A DNA stretch of 64,000 nucleotides from Acidobacteriota bacterium (GCA_965209055.1 OZ242374.1:1120001-1184000); one strand, 5' to 3'. Numbered from the stretch's first letter, positions 1 through 9,630 are shown. Notes: a model not told the origin generated them from the letters alone. Made by a program: numbers and translations.

Positions 1-337
1 AGGCCGAAGGCGATCAGGGTCATTTCTCATGATTGCCGTTGTGACCTTAATCTCCGGGGACGGTTCCCGGCTTCCCAGGATGGCGTCCGTCCTTCACTAG
101 AGTCGGATTTGTCCGTTCCTTTGCTCAGCCCGTTCTCTATGGCAGACCGATCCACAGACCTGTTCAGGCAGAAGCGCCGACGGATGGCCGGCGGGGCGGG
201 TTCCTTGCCTAGCGAAGGTCAAGACCTGGAGACGGATCCCATCCATTGATCCGACGCGCTCGTTGAGGGGAATCTCGGGAGTCTGGACACCCAAACCGAT
301 CCCGGCGTCCATGAGCTTCGAGCGGACTTGCGCCGGA

Positions 338-740
338 TGGCGAGACTATCGGGTCGGGCCAGTTGAGCAGTATTGAGAACGTTGCAGACGGTCGCTGAGA
401 CTGTTACGCACTTGGCAGTCGCAAAGGCTGATGGAGGGCCGTTTCGGCTGTGCGAAAAGAGGGTCTCACGCCCGATCCGGGATGTGAATGGGACAAAGGG
501 GGTGGATTCACAAAAAGCGATCCCGGTGACTCACAAATGCACTCTCCCCGATCTTGTTTCCTTTCAGTCAGTTGCGGCCCTATTTCCGGCCACCGGGTGG
601 CCGCACGGGGAAAATGGAGGTGGACGGGAGCGACCCCCCCTTTTTGCCGCCCGGTGCGGGCGCGGGGGTGTTGCGCGATTCACATCTGCGCAACACCCCC
701 TGGGGGGGTCGCTCCCGTCGAATTGATCCCTGCGGGAAGG
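338..740. other. Conserved structured non-coding block (copy 1), candidate origin or ncRNA
   Basis: Inverted homologue at ~34676-35080. 18-bp outer stem (623-640/702-719) encloses a 13-bp inner stem (664-676/688-700). Confidence 0.7.
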
Positions 741-1099
741 CCCCTGCGAAGATTTCTGAAGACTTGTTGCGGTCATCCAAGGAGTTCATTCCCCCAACGC
801 GGCACTTATCCCGGAAACTCTACCTACGAAAGCACCACCGCTTCGGAGTTGGGGGGTCCCTACAAGCTCGAAGAGGGCTCCTAGAATTCGTCCTGCCTGG
901 GCAAAACCGAAAAGCTCCCCGAGAACCTGGTCTATTGCTCTATCGAGTGGCGGGAGGAGGATTTCCCCGAGAGGCGGAAATAATTCTGGCGAAGGCCATC
1001 TTGATCTGTTACGGAAGTTTTTCGGCGGCGGAAGTGGCACCGCCGTGTGAGCCGCAGAAGGTTACTGAAAATCCTATGGGCCGGCTATGTTGTGGCGTC

Positions 1100-1636
1100 T
1101 CAGTGGTTCTCTCGGCTGTCAGGTTCGTCAGCGCTGCTTGGACCACGAGGGGGGTCGATTCGATCCAGCCGTTTCAGTAACCTGTCGCCCATTTCCCTTA
1201 AGTCGCTACAACGATCACCGTCCGGGTAATTTCTCTCGACCCAACTGACAATCGCGTCCAAGCTATACATCATGTACAAGACATCCACATTTCCGAAAGG
1301 CGAATCGGAATAGTCTTCTGGCGGTTGTGTCAACGGAGGTTGGTCAATCCATTCTGCCCCTCCCTTGGAGTTAAAACCTTGGTCAGGCCAATTTGTTTGC
1401 CATGTGTGAATCAGGGCGTTCTCTAGCAGCCTAATAACTTCTTCGTCTCCCTCAGCTACCACCTTCCAAGAAAATCCATCGGCACCGTATGCTCGGATGG
1501 CTTGGTGGAAAAAGGTATTGTCCACCTCCTTCTTGGCATGGCTTTCGTGCGTACTCCTACGGAGACTCAGCGAGCCCTTGGTGATGCCGACATATCGCCT
1601 CCCACTCTCATTGTGCGTCGCCACGTAGCAGATCAT
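1100..1636 (-). CDS. GIY-YIG nuclease domain protein
   Basis: N-terminal ICY..T....GRRYVGIT....RR..H motif, later E and GFN, typical of GIY-YIG. Confidence 0.75.
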   Translation of the reverse strand: MICYVATHNESGRRYVGITKGSLSLRRSTHESHAKKEVDNTFFHQAIRAYGADGFSWKVVAEGDEEVIRLLENALIHTWQTNWPDQGFNSKGGAEWIDQPPLTQPPEDYSDSPFGNVDVLYMMYSLDAIVSWVERNYPDGDRCSDLREMGDRLLKRLDRIDPPRGPSSADEPDSRENH

Positions 1637-1739
1637 TGAATCCTTATCCTGTCCAGTCTATCCCTTGCCGGATTCGCGGACCTGGATCGAGCCGCGCCGC
1701 TGGAAGAGGCCTTTAGGGGGGAACTGTTCTACTGGCTAC

Positions 1740-1805
1740 TCAGCGGGGGCAGTGCTCCTCGTTCACCCGCAGGTACTCCACCAGGAACTCGTCGCTCTTC
1801 CTCTC
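1740..1805 (-). pseudogene. C-terminal remnant of a homologue of the 31125-31712 protein
   Basis: DEFLVEYLRVNEEHCPR* resembles RFRQEYLRVNKEDCRRR*. Confidence 0.5.
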
Positions 1806-2116
1806 CTGTGTCCGGTCTGGACCCCCAGCCCCCGTTAATCCCCTATATCTGCGACTGGGCGAGGGGAGGGGACGCCACGACACCGCTCCGCTGGGTGGCG
1901 TTCGGAAACGCTCGGAGTTGGACCAGGTCAACAAGGAGTGACACCCGGTCGCGGAGATCCCCGCTCCGTCGCGCTCCGCTGGCGGAGGCTGGACGGACAG
2001 CCACACGCCCATGCCTGACCTTAGTGACGGCCTTTCGAGCCAAGCTGTGCTAAATTTGCCGCGGAAGGGGCGGCACGGATGCTTGACTAAAGGGGACGCT
2101 CAGTGCACACGATCTT

Positions 2117-2158
2117 GCCAGGAGCCAGGAGCCAGGAGCCAGGAGCCAGGAGCCAGGA
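2117..2158 (+). repeat. Heptamer simple sequence repeat (GCCAGGA)x6
   Basis: Six exact tandem copies just upstream of the LRR gene start. Confidence 0.95.
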
Positions 2159-2176
2159 GCCCCGTCGCCTGCCCGT

Positions 2177-5100
2177 TTGATGGCCCGCACCCAGTTGGCG
2201 CCCTTGCTGCCTTTTCCGAAGCATTGCGCTGGCGCTGCCGCCCGGATGGGTGGGGCGATGCTCTCCCGCGCCCGCGGCGGTGTTGGCCTCCGCTGGCGCG
2301 GCTTGGCGATGGCTTTGTCGAGCCCGGTCTTCCTGTTGGGACTGGCAACCGAAGCTGGTGCACAGACCTCTTGCGCGGTGACCGACGTCGCGATCACCGG
2401 CGTGACACCTGCTCCCTCCGACCCCGCGGCGCTGTCCGACGACTGCACCACCCTGCTCGGGCTCATGGACACCTTGCGGGGCACGGCGAGCCTGAACTGG
2501 TCCAATACCCTGAGCATGACCTCGTGGGACGGGATCACCGTAACCGGGAGTCGGGTCACCGCTCTCCTCCTCCATAGCAAGCAACTCACCGGAACGATCC
2601 CGGCGGCCCTGAATAGCCTCACCGGCCTCGAATCCCTCTGGCTCCACACCAACCAACTCAGCGGGAGCATCCCGGACCTGAGCGTCCTGACCGGCCTCCG
2701 AACACTCCTCCTCTCCGACAACGAATTGAGCGGGGGGATTCCCGATCTGAGCGCCCTGACCAATGTGGTCAGTCTCCAGCTCGACAGCAACGAGTTGAGC
2801 GGGAATATTCCGGCAACCCTGAATAGTCTCACCAGCCTGACCACCCTCTCCCTCAACAACAACGAATTGAGCGGGGGGGTTCCCAATCTGAGCGCCCTGA
2901 CCAGCCTGACCACCCTCTCCCTCAACAACAACGAATTGAGCGGGGGGATTCCCAATCTGAGCGCCCTGACCAGCCTGACCACCCTCTCCCTCAACAACAA
3001 CGAATTGAGCGGGAGCATTGACGGCAGCGTTTTCCCGGCCAGCCTCCAAAGACTCATCCTCCACACCAACCAACTCAGCGGGAGCATCCCGGACCTGAGC
3101 GCCCTGACCAGCCTCACTATTCTCTACCTCCACCGCAACCAGCTCAGCGGGAGCATTGACGCCAGCGTTTTCCCGGCCAGCCTCCAAAGACTCGTCCTCA
3201 GTATCAACCAGTTCAGCGGGAGCCTTCCGGATTTTAGCGCCCTGACCAGCCTCGCCTGGCTCCTCGTCTCCGACAACCGATTGAGCGGGAGCATTGACGC
3301 CAGCCATTTCCCGCCCAACCTGATCCTCCTCTACCTCCATAGAAATCAACTCAGCGGGAGCATCCCGGACCTGAGCGCCCTGACCAGCCTCCGACGCCTC
3401 CTCCTCCACCAGAACCAGCTCAGCGGCCCGCTGCCCACATGGTGGAGCAGCCTGCCCGATCTCCAATGGTTGCATCTGGCTGACAACCCCCTTACCGGGG
3501 GGATTCCCAGCCAACTCGGCAGTCTGGCCAACCTGGCCGATCTCTCCCTGTGCGGCACGAATCTGGACGCCACCGCAACGCTGCCGGCGGCCCTCGAGAC
3601 CCGCCGCACGGACGACGACCTGACCGTATGGTCGTGTCTGCGCATCGAGGACGCCAGCGCCCCCGAAGGCAGCGCGCTCAGCTTCATGGTGGAGCACTCG
3701 ACCTATCCGGTGCGGGGGGTGGCCGGGGCCACGGGCGGCCTGACGCTGAGCTACGAGACGGAAGACGGCACGGCCAGCAGCGCCGATTACACCGGCACGG
3801 CGGCGGGCAGCGTGACGATCCCGGCCAACACCGACACCGATGATTCGACGAGCAGCACGGCCATCAGCGTGCCCACGACAGCCGACACTCTTGCCGACGA
3901 TGGTGAGACCCTGACCGTGACCCTGCTGCCGGCCGACCCAGAGGCGGGCTGGGCTCCGGTCTTCCCGCTGCGGCGGACCGCCACCGGGACCATCCTGGCC
4001 GACGATGGTTCTCTGCCGGGGGGGAGACTGGACCTCTCCGGCGGGGGACCGATAGGAAGCACAAGTGCCGTTGACGATCACCCCGGGTCCCAGTTGCTGT
4101 TTCTCGCCGATACGGGAATCGACGCCCGTGCTTATGCTCACTCCGACCCGTTGGCCCCAACGGCCTCCAGGAGCGTCTCAGGATGGCTGGGAGCGACCGA
4201 AGCCGCCCAGCGCAACTTCATCTCCGTCACCAACACTGCGGACGGGCAAGCCGTCACGCTGCTCGTCCAGTACCACAACGACCAGATGGAACCGGTGCTC
4301 TGGTATCTGCGCGTCCTGCGGGCCGGGGCCAACGTCCTGGTCGATCCCTTTCACCACGAGATCCCGGGAACGGACCAGGAAGACGGATCAGGACCGGTGA
4401 ACGTGAGGGAGATCCTCTTCGACGAGATCCCGGCCGTGAGTTTCAAAGACGAGACTGGAAAAGATCGACCCGGGTTCAACTCGGGTCGGTTCCTCATCGC
4501 CGTCACCGCCGTGGGGGCTCGCTCCGAAGAGGACGACCGCGCTCCGGGAGACCCCCCGGAAACGGCCAACGTCCTCTTCCCCGACTTTCTGGCCGAGGGT
4601 CTGCACGGCGCGGACAATATCGACGCCATCGGAGATCTCGGATTCCAGACCGTCGCTCAGTTCGCCACCGACCGACAACCTCAGGAATACGAGAAAGAAC
4701 GTACCGGCCGCAACGTCGGGCCCTTGACGGTTCACAACGTCGAGCCTGTCGCCTTCAACGACCTCGTCGGCCATCACACCGCCGCCGAGGTTTCCGCCCT
4801 CAACGGAGGGATCGCCTGGGGCGTCAACGCCTTGGTGCGCCCCGCCGTCACGGTGGCCAGCGGTGACGGTTCCGACCACCGGATCGGAGTCGCCTACGCG
4901 ATGCTGAACGGCACGAACGAGGCCCGTTTGTCCCCCAGGACGCACGGAGGAGTCGAGGCGGTCAACGCGGCCACCGATGAGGACAACCGGGCGGATGACA
5001 GCGGCGACGGGTCGCCTGTAGCCCTTGATCCGACCCCCACGGAGAACAACCGGGTCGTCAACGGCGGGGCGCTCGTCTGGTCCTCCCTGTACGGCAACGA

Positions 5101-5725
5101 CCCTATGGATCAGAGAGTGCAGTTCCTGTCCGTCGCGGATGACTACGGGGAGCCGGGGGAGTATCGGTTGATCGGTGCGAAAACACTCTACCGGATTCGC
5201 CTGTTCGATCCCAAGGGAAACGAATTGCCGGACCCGGTCTGGGTCCCTCCCGTGTATGGACCCATCGTGCCGCCCCACCTGCCGGGACTCTACCTTCTGG
5301 TCGATGGCATCGGGGTGATGCCGGACGCTTCCCCGATGGGCTGTACCGGAAACCCACGGGTCCAAGGGTGGAGCCTGTCCGACCTGACCGATCTCGTCCC
5401 CACGGTCCGGACCGGCGACGGGGACTTCCAGGGCCTGGATGCCGGGTTGGACCCGAACCGGAACGCCTCTCCCGGGTGGGTGGTGTTCCAGCGGACGACG
5501 ATGACCTGCACCGAGGACTACGGGGACGGAGACCCGTCCGACCTCACCACGATCGAGATTCCGGATGGAGTCCCGACTCAGGACCAGCGATCGTTCATCG
5601 GCGGGACCCTGGTGGTCGAGAAAGAGACCGCCCGCCGGACGTTCGTAACGGCGGGACAGGCCGTCCTGAGGTTCCTGACCCCCAACTCCACCTTCGCCGC
5701 CTCCTGGTGGCTGACCGTGAAATAG
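2177..5725 (+). CDS. Secreted LRR protein with Calx-beta domain and C-terminal module paralogous to 54361-56109
   Basis: Many LxLxxNxLSGxIP repeats, a Calx-beta-like motif (IEDASAPEG..YETEDGTASSADY) and a hydrophobic signal-like segment. Start uncertain. Confidence 0.85.
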   Translation: MMARTQLAPLLPFPKHCAGAAARMGGAMLSRARGGVGLRWRGLAMALSSPVFLLGLATEAGAQTSCAVTDVAITGVTPAPSDPAALSDDCTTLLGLMDTLRGTASLNWSNTLSMTSWDGITVTGSRVTALLLHSKQLTGTIPAALNSLTGLESLWLHTNQLSGSIPDLSVLTGLRTLLLSDNELSGGIPDLSALTNVVSLQLDSNELSGNIPATLNSLTSLTTLSLNNNELSGGVPNLSALTSLTTLSLNNNELSGGIPNLSALTSLTTLSLNNNELSGSIDGSVFPASLQRLILHTNQLSGSIPDLSALTSLTILYLHRNQLSGSIDASVFPASLQRLVLSINQFSGSLPDFSALTSLAWLLVSDNRLSGSIDASHFPPNLILLYLHRNQLSGSIPDLSALTSLRRLLLHQNQLSGPLPTWWSSLPDLQWLHLADNPLTGGIPSQLGSLANLADLSLCGTNLDATATLPAALETRRTDDDLTVWSCLRIEDASAPEGSALSFMVEHSTYPVRGVAGATGGLTLSYETEDGTASSADYTGTAAGSVTIPANTDTDDSTSSTAISVPTTADTLADDGETLTVTLLPADPEAGWAPVFPLRRTATGTILADDGSLPGGRLDLSGGGPIGSTSAVDDHPGSQLLFLADTGIDARAYAHSDPLAPTASRSVSGWLGATEAAQRNFISVTNTADGQAVTLLVQYHNDQMEPVLWYLRVLRAGANVLVDPFHHEIPGTDQEDGSGPVNVREILFDEIPAVSFKDETGKDRPGFNSGRFLIAVTAVGARSEEDDRAPGDPPETANVLFPDFLAEGLHGADNIDAIGDLGFQTVAQFATDRQPQEYEKERTGRNVGPLTVHNVEPVAFNDLVGHHTAAEVSALNGGIAWGVNALVRPAVTVASGDGSDHRIGVAYAMLNGTNEARLSPRTHGGVEAVNAATDEDNRADDSGDGSPVALDPTPTENNRVVNGGALVWSSLYGNDPMDQRVQFLSVADDYGEPGEYRLIGAKTLYRIRLFDPKGNELPDPVWVPPVYGPIVPPHLPGLYLLVDGIGVMPDASPMGCTGNPRVQGWSLSDLTDLVPTVRTGDGDFQGLDAGLDPNRNASPGWVVFQRTTMTCTEDYGDGDPSDLTTIEIPDGVPTQDQRSFIGGTLVVEKETARRTFVTAGQAVLRFLTPNSTFAASWWLTVK

Positions 5726-5932
5726 GCGGGGGAGTCTTTTCCTGCCGGACGTTCCTGGACGGACCTCCCGGGGGCGGTCATGGGCGAGGCGAATCTGCGC
5801 GGCGCATTTCTGGACGGAGCGCGGAGCCGCCGGACAACCCCTCCTGAAAAGTTTTTAGGTCCGATAAAATCCACTTATCGGACCCTGATCCGATCCCAGA
5901 GGGTCGTGGCTTTCCTCCCGCCGGCGCGCCGC

Positions 5933-6125
5933 CTACTGGGTGAGTGAGGGAACCGACGGAGCGGATGGCTCGACAATGAGGACGCCCCGCGCCAGCCCGA
6001 AGTTAAGATCCGGCCACGCCTCCTTGATCTTCTTCAACTTGCGGAGCGACCTCTTCCGAGAGTTATTGGCGGCCGCTTTGTCACCGGCCTTGGCGGGGTT
6101 CACGCCAAACTGGCGGTAGAAGTTG
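5933..6125 (-). pseudogene. C-terminal remnant of a plasmid RepA (RepA_C-like) replication protein
   Basis: FYRQFGVNPAKAGDK...LRKLKKIKEAWPDLNFGLARGVLIVEPS resembles RepA C-termini as I recall them; no N-terminal part. Confidence 0.55.
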
Positions 6126-6232
6126 CTGCCGGGTCCTCGCCCTGGAGGACTTGAACGCCGACGTTGATTTGCTTGAGCCGTGGTAGGATTCGCACCACGG
6201 CGAAGAACCCGGATCCAGAAAGGAGGAGATGC

Positions 6233-7348
6233 ATGGGCATCTACAAGGTGAAGGATCGCCGGGGGAGACGACGTTTCGTCGTCAGCAAGTACTGGCCGAA
6301 CGGATCCGGTCGGCTCAGAATGTACGCCCCCAACTACCGGAGCGCACAGGCGCTTCAAACACGAATCGAGTCCAGCATCCTGGACGGCACCTGGAAGCAG
6401 CTCAAGGAGGAGCTCGCCGGCGGGAAACGCTCCATCTGGACGGTCCAGAGCTTCTACAAGCGTTTTCTCGAGGAGTACTGCAAACCTCGTCTGCGCTCCT
6501 GGCGGAGCTATGAGGGTTCGTTCAAGAGCCTCAACTCCATGCTGGGGAACATTCCCCTGAAGGAGTTCCAACGCAAAGACCTGCACCGCTACGTCGCCCA
6601 GAGGAAGAAGCAAGTCAAACCGGCCACGGTGAACCGCGCCATTGCCGCCATCAGCAAGCTGTTTTCCTACGCGCTGGAGTGCGGAGAGGTGGACACGCAC
6701 CCGTTGATTCGGTTCCCCAAACTGAAGGAGCCGAAGAAGGTCTTCCGGCCTTTGACGGTCCAGCAGTTCCGCGACCTGGTCGAGGCGGTGGAGAATCCCT
6801 ACCTGCAAGCCATGATCGCGGCGATCGGCGAGACGGGGATACGAAAAGGCGAAGCTTTGTCGCTCACCTGGAAACGGGTGGACCTATCCCGGAGGCTGCT
6901 ATGGGTGGAATTCACCAAGAACGACAGGACGAGGGAGATACCGCTGTCGCAGTACGCCACCGGATATCTGGCAGGGCTCCCACGGTACCTGAACACCTCA
7001 TATGTCTTTGTCAACAGCAGGACCGGGACGAGATGGGTGAATCCCGACATGCCACTGCGCCGGGCCGGCGAGAGGGTCGGCTTGGAGGTCGGATTTCACG
7101 ACCTGCGGCGATTCCGGTGCAGCCACTGGCTGATGCAGGGGGTGGACGTGAGGACGGTGCAGAAGCTGATGGGCCACTCGGCGATCAGCACGACCATGCG
7201 GTATGCGGGGTACGTCAGTTCTCATGCGCTGGCCAGCATTCGGGAGGCACAGGCTAACGAAGACTCCCAAACGCAACCGGCAACAAACAGGCAACGAGTA
7301 AGAACCAAGAGGGAGCATTTAGAGGGGAGAATTGGGATAAACTGTTGA
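6233..7348 (+). CDS. Tyrosine recombinase/integrase (copy 1)
   Basis: GIRKGE, FHDLRR, MGHS and TMRY catalytic motifs; AGGAGG RBS before ATG 6233. Confidence 0.95.
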   Translation: MGIYKVKDRRGRRRFVVSKYWPNGSGRLRMYAPNYRSAQALQTRIESSILDGTWKQLKEELAGGKRSIWTVQSFYKRFLEEYCKPRLRSWRSYEGSFKSLNSMLGNIPLKEFQRKDLHRYVAQRKKQVKPATVNRAIAAISKLFSYALECGEVDTHPLIRFPKLKEPKKVFRPLTVQQFRDLVEAVENPYLQAMIAAIGETGIRKGEALSLTWKRVDLSRRLLWVEFTKNDRTREIPLSQYATGYLAGLPRYLNTSYVFVNSRTGTRWVNPDMPLRRAGERVGLEVGFHDLRRFRCSHWLMQGVDVRTVQKLMGHSAISTTMRYAGYVSSHALASIREAQANEDSQTQPATNRQRVRTKREHLEGRIGINC

Positions 7349-7390
7349 AAATACAGGACCAATCCCCTATCTCATCTGGACAGAGTAACG

Positions 7391-7472
7391 GATTTCCAAT
7401 CGCCCGTTCTTGCGTCGCTACGGTGAAATGCGAAGATCGGCGGTTGGGAAACCGCCGCCCCGCCCCCCCCCC
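7391..7472. repeat. REP doublet, first palindrome truncated by element 1
   Basis: GATTTCCAATCGCCC lacks its left GGGC arm; followed by CGGCGGTTGGGAAACCGCCG. Confidence 0.85.
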
Positions 7473-7806
7473 AGAGGACGGGTGAGGCCGCCGGGTTCCC
7501 ACCCTGATTCTGCGAAGCAAATGTACTTCCGGCGACCTCACCCGATCCAGTCGAAAACGGAGTCTCGGGTCCTCTTCCCAAAGCAACTTCGGGGCCAAAC
7601 CCGGTCCGGGAGGCGCGAGCCATCCATCAGATCCGGCCTTTGCTGGTAAACTGGCGGAAGGTTGCTGCGGCCGGAACGTGACTCCGGACCGGGAGTTGTT
7701 CTCTGGCCGGGGGCTCGTTCCAAGAAATGTCTTTTTGCGGCGAAGACATCGACCGGCCCTTGGAAAATCAGACCGAAAACGACTTTTCTTTAGACTTTCA
7801 GACGGT

Positions 7807-8385
7807 ATGGAGCATCCTCATCAAACAGGCAGGAGGATGAGTTTCAGCGACGAGAACTTGCTCCGATTGGCATTGGCCGGCGACGGCGGCTGTTTCGGCG
7901 AATTGGTGACCCGGTGGGAACGGAGGATCTACGGCTTCATCTTCCGCTACGTCGGCGATCGTGAGGAAGCCCGCGATCTGACCCAGGAGACCTTCGCCAA
8001 GGCGTACAAGAACCTGGGACGCCTGTCCGATCCCGGGAAATTTTCCTCCTGGCTCTACAAGATCGCCCTCAACGAGTGCCGGATGCGTTTCCGCCGGCGC
8101 CGTTGGGATACCGTGCCTCTGCCGGAGTCGGTCGAGGCGACTCTGGAAAAAGCCGACGAGCCGACGCCCGAGCAGGCTCTGGCCTCCAAGGAGAGGGTTC
8201 AACTGCTGCGGGAAACGCTGTTGAAGCTGCCCGAGGAACAGAAGACGGTCATCTTGATGAAAGAGTACCAGGGCCTGAAGTTTCGCGAGATCGCTCAGAT
8301 CCTGGATCTGCCCCTTTCCACCGTGAAATCACGCATGTATTTGGGATTGAAGACGTTGAGAAGATTGATGGAGAAGAGACTATGA
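7807..8385 (+). CDS. ECF RNA polymerase sigma factor
   Basis: Region 2 (DLTQETF..FSSWLYKIALN) and region 4 (EIAQIL..STVKSR). Start at 7807 or 7837. Confidence 0.92.
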   Translation: MEHPHQTGRRMSFSDENLLRLALAGDGGCFGELVTRWERRIYGFIFRYVGDREEARDLTQETFAKAYKNLGRLSDPGKFSSWLYKIALNECRMRFRRRRWDTVPLPESVEATLEKADEPTPEQALASKERVQLLRETLLKLPEEQKTVILMKEYQGLKFREIAQILDLPLSTVKSRMYLGLKTLRRLMEKRL

Positions 8386-8942
8386 ACTGCACGACCATGC
8401 ACGAGCGGATGATGGACGTCCTCTACGGAGAGGAGTTGGACCCCGGTCGCTGCCTGGAGTTCTTCCGCCACCTGGAGAGTTGCCCCGATTGCAAGGCCGA
8501 ATACCTGGAGCTGGTGGAGACCCGTTCGCTGCTGGCCCAGTGGGACCTGGGGCAGGCGGTTCCCGAGGTCCGCGCCGGCGCCGGCGGCAAGGTCAGCCTC
8601 TTTCTCCGCAGAATCGACCGCAGTCCGGCCTGGAGAGCCGTCTACAAGGCGGCGGCGTGCATCCTGATTCTCCTTGGGATGACGGTCATCGCCCGGGATC
8701 TGGGCTGGACGGAGCGGGCCGTCCTGGAGGTGAGCCGCCAGGAACTGGAGACCATGATCAACGACGTGGCGGTCGCCCGTCAGGAGGAGGAGCGGCGCCT
8801 CATCGGACAGGCTCTGATCCAGGTGCGCGACGACCTGGAGCGGGACATCGGCCAGGTCCATCGGTATCTGCAGGTCCTGGACCTGCAGCAGAGGGATGCA
8901 CAGGAGGACTACCGGGCCGTGCGCGCCCTGATCACGCGCTGA
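8382..8942 (+). CDS. Zinc-finger (ZAS) anti-sigma factor
   Basis: HLESCPDC motif and one TM helix; ATGA overlap with the sigma gene. Confidence 0.85.
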   Translation: MNCTTMHERMMDVLYGEELDPGRCLEFFRHLESCPDCKAEYLELVETRSLLAQWDLGQAVPEVRAGAGGKVSLFLRRIDRSPAWRAVYKAAACILILLGMTVIARDLGWTERAVLEVSRQELETMINDVAVARQEEERRLIGQALIQVRDDLERDIGQVHRYLQVLDLQQRDAQEDYRAVRALITR

Positions 8943-9064
8943 CCGTCCAGGTGTCCGGAAACGGGACAAACTGTCCGCTATCGGACACGTCCGGGGAAAA
9001 GAGGAATGAGGAAAGGACAAAGAGTGAAGGAACCGCGGGTTTTCACGTGCAAAGGGGGGCGAAG

Positions 9065-9616
9065 GTGATATGGTACATTGGACTGGCCGTGCTTGCGGGC
9101 TGGTTGTCCGGCGTGAACGGACTCGCCCAGCAGCATCTCAACCTGGAGCGGTTGAAACAGGACACCGAGATCTTCGAACGCATCGTCCACGAAGTGCTCA
9201 AGCAGAACTTCTCCGATCCGTTCGCCATTACGAGTGAGCCCCGGGGAGCCTATCTGCAGGGCTACGGGATGCTCTTCTCCTTCCAGATCAACGTCAATCG
9301 CCGGACCATTCGGACTCCGTTCGGCGAGGTTCGGGACCCGCGGCCGGTGTCGAGGCGCACCACCGAAGAGCACATGCGCGTGATCCGGACGACCCTCATC
9401 GACGCCTTGATCGAGTACGGCGACAGCATCAAGCAACTGGGGGGGCACGACCGCATCTCCATCGCCGCGTACGTCGACGACCGGAACGAGCTGGATGCCC
9501 GGAAGAGCCGGAAGACCCTGGTCCTGACCACCTCCAAGGACGACGTGGACCTGGTGGCCATGGAGAAGATCTCCGCCGAGAACTTCCGGGACCGGGTCGA
9601 CGTCATGGAGTACTGA
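9065..9616 (+). CDS. Exported hypothetical protein
   Basis: Signal-peptide-like N-terminus from GTG 9065; in operon position. Confidence 0.65.
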   Translation: MIWYIGLAVLAGWLSGVNGLAQQHLNLERLKQDTEIFERIVHEVLKQNFSDPFAITSEPRGAYLQGYGMLFSFQINVNRRTIRTPFGEVRDPRPVSRRTTEEHMRVIRTTLIDALIEYGDSIKQLGGHDRISIAAYVDDRNELDARKSRKTLVLTTSKDDVDLVAMEKISAENFRDRVDVMEY

Positions 9617-9630
9617 TTTCGAGAACTCCC

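Larger units (their letters stand above)
1..7401. mobile_element. Integrative element 1 (tyrosine integrase, inserted in a REP); left end outside the window
   Basis: The integrase ends next to core GATTTCCAATC (7391-7401), which is followed by the remainder of a truncated REP. Its end sequence and the 338-740 block are homologous to element 2. Confidence 0.75.

Noticed and set aside
97-312. Homology of this small ORF to 35179-35418
   Set aside because: Equivalent position beside the conserved block, but only LGVQ and LQV are shared, which is too weak to call.
373-1180. ORFs overlapping the conserved block (also 34632-35037)
   Set aside because: Frames, starts and stops are not conserved between the two copies, whereas the hairpins are.
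2580-3560. Diversity-generating retroelement template/variable repeats
   Set aside because: The repeats are in-frame LRR units, differences are not adenine-specific, and there is no reverse transcriptase.
7349-7700. tRNA/tmRNA integration site next to the integrases
   Set aside because: No cloverleaf or T-loop motif at any element end; the junctions fall in REPs.
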